In this document: piece by piece, positions 38,672 through 47,968 of the stretch
Layout of the letters: every line of letters begins with the position of its first letter
Numbering within the stretch: position 1 is the stretch's first letter
Assembly: GCF_001949145.1 (NCBI RefSeq)
Contig: NW_019091404.1
Coordinates: 1,860,001 to 1,922,000 of the forward strand
DNA: 62,000 bases
Direction: 5' to 3'
From: Acanthaster planci
Lineage: Eukaryota
Program-made: the position numbers and the translations under genes
Notes under the pieces: generated by a model
What the model saw: only the letters and a program-made list of their open reading frames with translations
Told to the model about the DNA's origin: nothing
Databases searched by the model: none

Positions 38672-39799
38672 GTTACAGGCATTCGTTTATTCGATACTAA
38701 TAAACCGACAACTAAAACCACTAAAAATACACGTACATTATCTGTAACAATGGTCCGCAGTAAGTGATTGCGATCACTGGCACTTAATTCAAGTAGTCAC
38801 GGGCTCGTTCGACATGGTTAGCTCATAATCTAAGATCCTATCGGCTATCGAAGCAGAATAATTAACCCGGCCAAGAGAGTAAATACCCCAGGCCTTACCC
38901 ACCATTCGATGTTCGCCAGAGGTCGAACGGATCTACGTAAAAGGATCCGAACACAACTCGACGGGCAACACGTCGCACGAGGGCAGTATGCATTTCGTGA
39001 TCAAAATTAAACTTACACAAGTTTAGCGAGTGTGATCTTTATTTTTACACACAGATTTCATTTCGCATGGTATTTAACTAGCTATCCATGATTTGACAAT
39101 ACAATATAAATATCATTAAATTTGATTTGTCACGTAAGACATTTATAAGTACACCATTTTGCATTCCCTGAAATCATCGAAACCGTCGAAAATTTGGGTT
39201 TTTAAAAAATCGTAAAATCGTGTGAGTTGGTTTAGACTTTTTCCACCCACGTGATTAAATGTAAACAATACAACCACGTGTGGATCGCCTTAGCCACGGT
39301 GATCGCATATATTCCTACGGGCAGCTTCAACCACGTGTAAGCGCACGCGCAAACGCTGCATGTTTATCTTGAACAGGTAGATTACCATCACAACACTGCA
39401 CTCCTTACCATCAAAACACATGGCGGTCCAGCATGGTTGTGGCATCACATGTCAGGAAAAAGGTCTATTGGTGGTATGCTCTGTTCATGAGATACTCAAG
39501 TATTGCTTCTTTTAAATTCCGGCTGGCAGTGTGCACCCTTCATTTCTAGGCAAATAATTACTTTGCAGGCCTATTGTTTTTTTGGGGGGCGGAGGGTGTG
39601 TGATTTTGTTTTTATCGCACGAAGGGTAACGGATACTTTTGAGGAAAATGGGGTAAACCTAAGTAATAACTCTATGAAATGGTATCTCAATCGCACATAT
39701 GGTCTATAAATCAGAAAATATAGTGCATGCAAAGAACAATGAATGACATTAGTACTACGAATCTATTAAGGACTTACGCAAATCTAAATTTGCGTTCTA

Positions 39800-39815
39800 C
39801 AGCGCCCTCTTGTGG
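39800..39815. promoter_or_regulatory. CTCF-like motif
   Basis: CAGCGCCCTCTTGTGG fits the CTCF core consensus. A similar site, TAGCGCCCCCTCGTG, lies at 761-775 upstream of MEPCE. Confidence 0.4.
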
Positions 39816-40019
39816 TATTACGCTGCGTTTTTTTTCGGATATTGATGAAGGGTGATCGACCTGTGACATTTTAAGAAATAACATCGACCCTACATGTAGG
39901 CCAACTTTAATTTGTCGAGGTGAACTTCAAGCTAATGAGCCCGTTTGGTACTTCAAAACACAAGGTCATTTGAGAATAAAGCACGTGTGCTAGTCGGCAT
40001 ATAGCTGTGATAGGGCAAA

Positions 40020-40150
40020 ACTAGTGCGCGCGAACATTATGCGCTGTCCGGTTCGTGTGACGTCACGGTCACTTCAATTCAAACCACGCCCACTGCACAT
40101 ACAGTTACGCGGAACCATGGAACCGGAAATAAACGCGCAACTTAATTCGT
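40020..40150. promoter_or_regulatory. CpG-rich promoter-like segment, probably upstream of LAPTM-like paralog D
   Basis: CRE palindrome TGACGTCA (40058-40065), Sp/KLF CCACGCCC, ETS ACCGGAAAT, and locally high CpG density. Confidence 0.45.
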
Positions 40151-42132
40151 GGTACGTGCGCTTGTACGACAAAGTCACTTGAGAGCCGGATTCAAGAAAG
40201 ACCTCAGACGTGCTTCATTTGGGGCATGCGCTTTTGGAATACTGAATGTCGTTCATCATTTGAGATATTATTTTCGTCCGTCTAGCCTCGAGAGTCAGGG
40301 CGCATATGGCATTTCGCATGCCAGTAACATGAAAACAAAAACAAATAAAAAGACCAAAGAATTTCACTTTTTTAACAAAGCAACTTCATTTTAACATCCA
40401 TATAAAAATATATGACATAAAAAATATTTTTCAACAATTTGATAAGACACAATATACATACACATGCAAAAATGTTGATCACTAAAAAATAAATTGTAGA
40501 AATCCTACATTTACACGTATGTACTTGTCCAATCCATTACTTGAAAGGTGAAGGGCACAGAATTGCAAACAATTAGTCAAGTCTTGTCATTAATGCATGA
40601 TGAATAATAAATAAGCGTCGTAGTCTGACATTATTCTCTGAATATACACTGAGCCATGTTGTACTGTATTTTTGCAACATTAAACATTACTTTAAATATA
40701 CATTCGTTTACAGTAGACAAACGTGTTTGTGACACGTTTTTACTGTGCTTTTGTGAATGCAGTATCATACTGTCTATTTAAGAGTTATGTTTTACGGTAT
40801 ACGCTTTGATCTCAATTTACATATTGACACAAATGTGTCGTTGCTACTTTTGTGGTTTTCCATTCTTTACTCAAGTATTTGAAATTAGTTTGACAATTGT
40901 TTGTGCTGTTTGGATGTAGTATTACACGTAAAATGCAAACCATTGCCTAAAAAGATAAATCGAACGTGAACAATGAAACATCTCCCTTTTACAGGTTCCA
41001 ACCATGATCGCGCTTAGGAGCCAAACAATGCAAATATATGTACATACCCTGTCAGTGCACATCATGAATGTATTAAGTTCTGCCGCGATCAAAGTTTCTG
41101 AATACGAGGTATGTGTATTCTACACGTAATTGTACTTCAAGTGTTAATATTAACGCGAATTTGAGAATCCTTTATCAACAGAACTTACGCCTAAATACAC
41201 ATTCAGAATGAACTCGTAATCAGCAATGAAAGCGGTAACTTGCTGTGTCTAATGTCTACTTCAAATAAATGTAATTAATTGAGCTAAGTTAATGTTGTTT
41301 TTACGGTTAATTACTGTCCAATAAATGACAGCCATTTACCGAAAAAAAACTGTAAATCATTCACAGTATACAACTGGCGCCCGTGCTGCCAGTTAAAAGT
41401 ACCGTGAAAATTTCCGGGGGGAAAAATTAGCTTGCACGGCAAAATGAGCGTGGATGACGTTTGGTTAGCTTGTGGTTGACCTGTGCCGACTTTTGATGAC
41501 ATCATCGTAAATCTGAAAGCCTAATTAATTTAACCTCACACTCGACGCAATTCACGTACATGCACAAGACAAGCAGCCCCGATTCACATACGGGAAATCT
41601 ACCCTACCTGATCCAAGCAATGTCTTTTGTGTCCAGTTATTTTAAAATGATAAATCACAATGCTGATATGATTAAAATTATTTAAAAACTGTTCAAAGCT
41701 TTCAGCCCTTCGTGTGTGTTTTTCATAGTCTCATCAACTTCTTATGAATCTGTAAAAACGGGTAAATACCCAGAATGAAGTAACCTGAATAAGGTGTCTT
41801 AAACCTGAATTTGAGTGGATCAAGTAAAAAACTTAGTGTTTTCCTCATTTAAATGAGTCTGGGTTTTATGACCTGTAAAAATAAAGCATTCCCCAAAAGG
41901 ATACGTTTTAGATTCTTCTGAAGTTGAAATATGTGTAATTCTGAGTTGTGTATGCTGATGTGCTCCAGAGATCTTCAGATATAAATAGGTAATAATTTAT
42001 TCAGATTTGTGTTCTAATCAAGGTGACTTTTTCAGCCTACTGAACTCACTCAATGAAAGTACATTGTACTGTTACGAAACAACTGCAAGTCAATTCATTC
42101 TTGTAAGACTTGAAGGTTTTCAAAGTGAAAGA

Positions 42133-42350
42133 AACTAGATGAGTAAAACGATTGCGGTGACACCGTGTATCAATCTCTTTCTTGAGTATGTGTGGTTATG
42201 AGAAGAACCGAGGAATAACTCGACGTTTCGATGAGTGTACTCTGTCCGTCTTCACTGTTCGAAACGTCGAGTTATTCCCCGGTTCTTCTCAGAACCACAC
42301 ATACTGAAGAAAGATTTTGATGCAACCGCAATCATTTAACTCTTCCAGTT
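42133..42350. mobile_element. Inverted-repeat element, Penelope-like terminal relic with a degenerate hammerhead core
   Basis: Arms 42133-42231 and 42259-42350 are near reverse complements. The centre reads gTGAAGA-cggacagagtacactcatc-GAAAC-GTC on minus. Confidence 0.6.
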
Positions 42351-42415
42351 TATTCTTCTCTCAAGAAAATGAAATTTATTCCACACAAAAAAAATGAGGC
42401 ATTTACATGGATTTG

Positions 42416-45065
42416 TCATGGCACACCTTCAACACGTTCACAACATTCTGTAGGTGGCTTGTCCCAGTTGTAGGTGTATGACAACCTAAACTGCTGCTCC
42501 TTGGAGCACATCTGGCCGATCGTTTGTAGCTGCAGGTATTTTCCCCGCATGTTCTGCACGCTCTGCTTATGTGTGACCAGGTAGCTGTTGCGGCAGCCTC
42601 GAGACTTGTACTCGGTGTCAAATCGTGGGTCGTGCTCCCGTCGCACATCAATCGGTGCCAGCCAGGATCCCAGAGAAACATCCTCGGCGTGGTACTTCTT
42701 CAAGAGTGGGGCACTTTGGGCCACAAAACCTACCAGATCAGAGGACAAGACGTAACCGCCACCAACTGCAAAGGGTAGGTAACGGTCACACAAAACCCAG
42801 TCCGTTTCCTTGTACTTGCCACTCTTGTGGACATGGGCACGGCCGTCAAAGAAACCCCAATACAGGCGGACCCTAGACTTAGTCTTGAGTTCCTCAACCA
42901 GGGCATCTAACCGCACAAAGGTATCATCATCTACTTTCAGCAAGTACTGGAAGTCTACTGTACGGTCTAACCAAACTAGCATCTTAAGAAGTTTGGATGA
43001 TAACAAGTCAAAGGAGTCCTTCAGATCTGAAAGGAAAAGCATATCGTAGTACTGTTTTTGCTCCAAATTCAATGTCTCCATGTCGGAAGAAGACAGCCCA
43101 GACGTTCCTATGACAAATCGCGGCAAGACGTCTTCCCCGTGGTTCTGCAACCACGTGTCACGGATTGTGTACCTTCGTTCAACCATCTGCGGCCCGCTCA
43201 TTACCAGTATCACCAGGAATGCTGATAGATGCTTCTTACTGGCTTGGCCCTGGGGTGGGGATAGGTTTGGGTCACAGGGTAGGACCTTTGTATTGTGACT
43301 GGTTGTGTCATTGATGCAAATGGTAATGAAAACAACCAGAAGGGCTGAGCTGGAGGCGCACATCAAAATTAACATTTTGTTTCCAGATCTGCGACCTCTA
43401 CAACATTTGTTTACATCCTACAGCCAAACAAAACAAAAACGAAACAGAAGTCAGGATTAAGTATAAGTAATTAACAATGAATCCATCGTAGGCCTACATT
43501 TACATTAATAATAAAACTTGATTAAATAAAATTGGCTTTCCCTGCAAGTATGCTATGTGCTGGTCCAACAAAAAAATATATTACAGATAAAGCAAATCAC
43601 AAATAAAAAACAAACTTAAAACTAGATTGACAATTACTATGAGTCATACATGTATGTTGGCCCTACATGTAGGCCTAAATCTGAAAAGTTCTTTGAAAAA
43701 ATGCAGGTGTGTAGTTTGATTGACATGTGTAACACCAACAGCACTTGATGGTTTAAAGAATAGTAAAGTGAGATCTAACGTTAGATATTATCATTAACAA
43801 TACTTTAATAACAGTGTCAATGTGGCCACTGGAAAAGAGGCAATCACATTTTAAATGGGTCAACTTGCTTCCGGGTTAACTCGTACCCTGGCCAACTCAT
43901 ACCCCAAACTATGCACCAAAGTTAACTCGTACCCAGGTTAACTAGCACCTGAGTTAACTCGTACCCAGGTTGGCTGGTACCCGAGTCAACTCATACTCCC
44001 CAGTCTGCAGAGAATATGCTTTTAATGCTCGCATTTATTGAACACAAACGTATGTATCAAGTTCCCTTTACAAGTAAGATTTCGTTGAAAAATCCCCATT
44101 GGAAGCAGGACATAAATGGCAACCACGGTCAAGATCCAGATGCGTCTGCACAAGGCATACAAGATACGACGATACCAGCAGCAGAAGATGAAGACATTCC
44201 CAGGGCAGGTATTCAAGCTCTGGGAGTGCTATGAGAGCAGCAACCTGACGAGATCCAACTTACTGGCTAACCTGCAAGCACCTTACTGGCCCAGCACTAT
44301 AAACGGCTGGGGGCAATAACAAACTAACCAGCTCTTATCAGAGCCAACCCATCTTCAAGACAGAGATACACCTAGATCTCAGGCTGCCTGCTATTTGTTC
44401 ATGATTATTTTTAAAAAAAACACAGATTTTTCCTTGTCATTCTTTTTCTTTTCTGACCAATCATGATGGCCTGGGATGGGAAATTTCCATAATTTGGTCC
44501 CTGCACACGTAAACAAGTAGAATTGTAATCATTAACAAAATACAAATCATCGCCTACAGTAGCTTTCATTCGTGGGACCAAAATACATATGAGTTTCACC
44601 ATTTTAATGATAGGCCTATTTAGTATTTGGGTAAACGTCCCTAGCATTTAACATCATCCAAAATGTGAGAAAAGCAGGAAATAGGGGATGAAAAATTATC
44701 GTAGGCCTAATCCATTTGGGGTATAAAATATGAGAAGACAAATTAGGCCTATCGTAATCTGTTTGGCACGTTTGGTGTAAAAAAGGAGGAAAACAATCGT
44801 CATCTGTTTGAGTCACAAACGTGTGTGTTTTCATCGAGGGTACGAGTTGACTGGGGTACGAGTTGACCGGGGCATCCCCAACTTGGGCACGTGGGGTAGG
44901 ACTCAGAGTTAACTCAGGTACGCGTACGCAGGGGTATACGAGATCACTCAGCTGACCCCAAATCTTAATCTCACGGATTACAGTGTATATGTACATATAT
45001 ATACATGACACGAGTGAAGCACTTCCTAAGACACTTACGCGAATACAGGATCCAGTAAACTCCAT
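42416..45065 (-). CDS. B3GALT6: Beta-1,3-galactosyltransferase 6 (GT31), copy 1
   Basis: Main exon 43417-42416 (ORF from the ATG at 43375 is 319 aa): type II TM anchor, ERRYTIRDTW, LLKVDDDTF, LYWGFFDGRA, LCDRYLPFAVGGGYVLSSDLV, EDVSLGSWLAP, HDPRFDTEYKSRGC. The exon is open in phase 0 back to the acceptor at 43418. It joins a probable 27-nt first coding exon at 45065-45039 (MEFTGSCIR|gtaagt), which is less certain than the main exon. Confidence 0.92.
43866..44875. mobile_element. Decayed DNA transposon (MULE-like) in the intron of B3GALT6 copy 1
   Basis: The left end carries tandem (T/C)AACTCGTACCC motifs and the right end the inverted GGGTACGAGTTGAC motifs. Internal fragment 44116-44319 encodes VKIQMRL..KIRRYQ..TFPGQVFKLWECYESSNLTRSNLL..YWP, reminiscent of the C-terminus of invertebrate Mutator-like transposases. 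Confidence 0.55.
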
Positions 45066-45099
45066 TGCAGTTTGTTAACTAGTTTTATCGCAAAGAAAA

Positions 45100-45320
45100 A
45101 GTTTAGGCCTATGTGTAGGTGAGATTTCCAAACTTTGCATTTCGCCCCAAACAATTTGGTAATAAAATGCTCATGAGCGCTGCCATTTTTATTTGATCCC
45201 ATCATGCATCACAAAACTGGTTTTCAGCTATTTCTTGTTTAATGAAGTTGTGTGCGGCGTGAACTGTGTGCAGGAAACCAGTCAAGATGGCGGCGTCCAT
45301 GGTCAGCGATTGATTCGTTA
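45100..45320. promoter_or_regulatory. Bidirectional promoter of the two B3GALT6 copies
   Basis: Lies between the divergent first exons. Outward-facing YY1-like motifs: AAAATGGCAGC on minus (~45180-45190) and CAAGATGGCGGC on plus (45283-45294). Confidence 0.55.
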
Positions 45321-45938
45321 AACTGTTTGTTGTAATCTGATATAGCGCGTGCTGAGAAACCACCTTGACCCGGGGGCAAGGGAAACTGAGCCTCACAAGT
45401 ACGTGGCATTAGGAGTAACGTGATGATTGACCTCGCAGATTTTGGCTTGCCTGGAGAAAGTGCTACGTTGGCAAAGTCTGTTAAGTCCACACCACACTGT
45501 TATTATGCGATGTGAGAGCAGGCGAACGTCTTCACGTTGCTTCCTCTTCGACGCTTCGTAGGCCTCCAACTTACAAGCTAATGTTGCACATACATGTAGT
45601 TAGACAGCAGTAAAAAAAAAGATCGGGTCTAGTGAACAGAAAATATATAGGCCTACTAAATTAGTAGAAGTGCTCAGTAGTAAAAGGACCAGTTTATGCG
45701 GTAAGGAAGGAAGTGTTCATTCCATTAGTCTTAAGATTTAATGTTACTAATATGTCAAAGTTTTCCTTTGGCCATCTGTTAACACTCCTAGACTAACTCA
45801 TCTGACCATGTTCATTTATTTCCCTGAGAATCTATGATTTTTTCATGTTTCCCTTCCTTTAAGCATTGTCATTAGTATATATAGGTTAGGCTAAATGAAG
45901 TAACCATTCATTGCCTCGTCAAGACATTTGTTAGTACA

Positions 45939-46324
45939 TGTGGTACGTCCCAACTATAGCATCAGTCCCAGTCCCCACTATAGTTGGGACCGGCCCAACT
46001 ATAGTGCTATAGTTGGGCCAGCGCAACTGCAACACAGAATGTCAGAAGTTCAATTTGTACATGTTCCCATTGTTTGTGCCAAAGTAATTTGGTTACATTA
46101 TCAACTTGTGCAGTTAGAAACAAGGTTTGTACAGATTAACTATTGGTATGCAGATGAATTATGTCAGGAGTGAAGTGCATAAATTTGGAGAAAGTTGAAA
46201 AAGTTTCAACAGAAATTGGCCAGCAATAACAGTTGGGCTAGCCCAACAGCAGCACCATAGTTGGGACTGTCCCAACTATAGTTGGGCCAGCCCAACTGCA
46301 GCACCGTACTTGGGACGTAACACA
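45939..46324. mobile_element. MITE with palindromic CCCAACTATAGTTGGG subrepeats, in the 5'UTR intron of B3GALT6 copy 2
   Basis: TIR tgtggtacgtcccaa / ttgggacgtaacaca, with clustered cccaact/agttggg units at both ends. Confidence 0.75.
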
Positions 46325-46951
46325 TGCATGTACTTTAACTTTTTTTTTTTTTTACATTTTATCACTTTCTGATGTCTGATAAATCACAGTGTTTTTGAGT
46401 GATGCCCATGTTTTGGAACTCTTTCCAGGATGAGTTTTGAAACAAAATTCTCCATGTTAAGTTTTCAAAAAGTGACTAATCAAGTTTCATTGGAAATTCG
46501 TACCATCTCTAAGTGTATCAACATTGCCAGCTCTTAATTTTGATGTTTTGTTTCAGAAATGGAATTTGAACAGAGCTCTGTATGGTGACACAGGTTTTCA
46601 GTGTTGACCTAAGGCTGTTCAAATAAGGAGTCATCTACTACGAGTCCAGCAAACAAGCCAAGGTACACTCTACAGAGTTTCCCCAAAGATATCATGAATG
46701 TTAAAAGATATTGGTAGTTGTTGCACTTCTTGTGTGTTAGGTTTGAAACTAAACTCCGGAATATGCAGACCCCAAACTTTATGGAGTTAGTGAAAACAGG
46801 TGATGTAAGAAAACACACCACGTATTCTACAGGTTTACCTTTTACAAATATGTACTTCACTCCATGAGACAATTTCCCAGTTGAAAATAAAATTCCCCTC
46901 AATGAATAATTCTTAATGTTGTTTTCTTCCAATAACAGGTCTGAGTAGAAC

Positions 46952-47968
46952 ATGGGTAGGCAGACAAAATCCGGCATGGCAAAGATCGTGTTTATTATGC
47001 CCGTTGTCTTCATTCTCTTCATCATTTATATCATCTCAACATGCAATGATGGTTCGGGTAGCCAGCATGCCAAGCCAGTGACGTGTGAGCCGCGCCAGCC
47101 CAACCGTAAGGATGGGCCAAAAAGTGCCGTTGCTCCCCCGCGGCCCAAGAAGAAGCTGTCGGCATACCTGGTGGTCCTAATCATGACAGGCCCACAGCTG
47201 GTGGAGCGGCGCTACACCATCCGGGAGACCTGGCTGCAGAAGAGTGGTAAGGAGGTCATGGCCAAGTTTGTAGTGGGCACAGCGGAGCTGAAAGAATCTG
47301 ACAAGAAGATGCTGGACGCCGAGCAGGCTCGACACAAGGACCTGCTGTTCCTACCCTCACTGAAGGATTCCTTCGGCTCGCTCACGAACAAGCTGATCCA
47401 AATGCTGACGTGGCTGGACCAGAATGTTGACTTCCAGTACATGCTGAAGGCAGACGACGACACATACGTCCGACTAGATGCGATGGTGAAAGAACTGAAG
47501 AGTAAGAATAAGGAGAAGCTGTACTGGGGGTTCTTTGATGGGCGAGCTCACGCCCACCGCACCGGGCGGTACGCTGAAACAGACTGGGTCCTGTGTGATC
47601 GGTACTTGCCGTACGCCATGGGTGGTGGGTATGTGTTGTCGTCTGATCTGGTTAGCTTCATTGCGAATAATGCCCCATACCTAAAGAGGTACCACGCCGA
47701 AGATGTCTCGGTCGGCTCCTGGCTGGCAGCTGTGGACGTCAAGCGCGAGCACGACCCGCGATTCGACACTGAATTTAAATCCCGCGGCTGCCGCAATGTC
47801 TACATCGTCACGCACAAACAGACGATACAAGACATGAGATCCAAGTACCAGCAGCTACAGACCACTGGGAAACTCTGTGCCAAAGAGCAGCAGTTCAGGC
47901 TATCGTATGTCTATAACTGGGACAAGGTACCCACCGATTGTTGTGAACGGGTGGAAGGGGTACCTTAA
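46952..47968 (+). CDS. B3GALT6: Beta-1,3-galactosyltransferase 6 (GT31), copy 2, 338 aa, single coding exon
   Basis: Intact ORF with a TM anchor, ERRYTIRETW, MLKADDDTY, LYWGFFDGRA, GGGYVLSSDLV, EDVSVGSWLA and HDPRFDTEFKSRGC. A splice acceptor lies just upstream (..aataacag|, exon from 46939). Confidence 0.95.
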   Translation: MGRQTKSGMAKIVFIMPVVFILFIIYIISTCNDGSGSQHAKPVTCEPRQPNRKDGPKSAVAPPRPKKKLSAYLVVLIMTGPQLVERRYTIRETWLQKSGKEVMAKFVVGTAELKESDKKMLDAEQARHKDLLFLPSLKDSFGSLTNKLIQMLTWLDQNVDFQYMLKADDDTYVRLDAMVKELKSKNKEKLYWGFFDGRAHAHRTGRYAETDWVLCDRYLPYAMGGGYVLSSDLVSFIANNAPYLKRYHAEDVSVGSWLAAVDVKREHDPRFDTEFKSRGCRNVYIVTHKQTIQDMRSKYQQLQTTGKLCAKEQQFRLSYVYNWDKVPTDCCERVEGVP

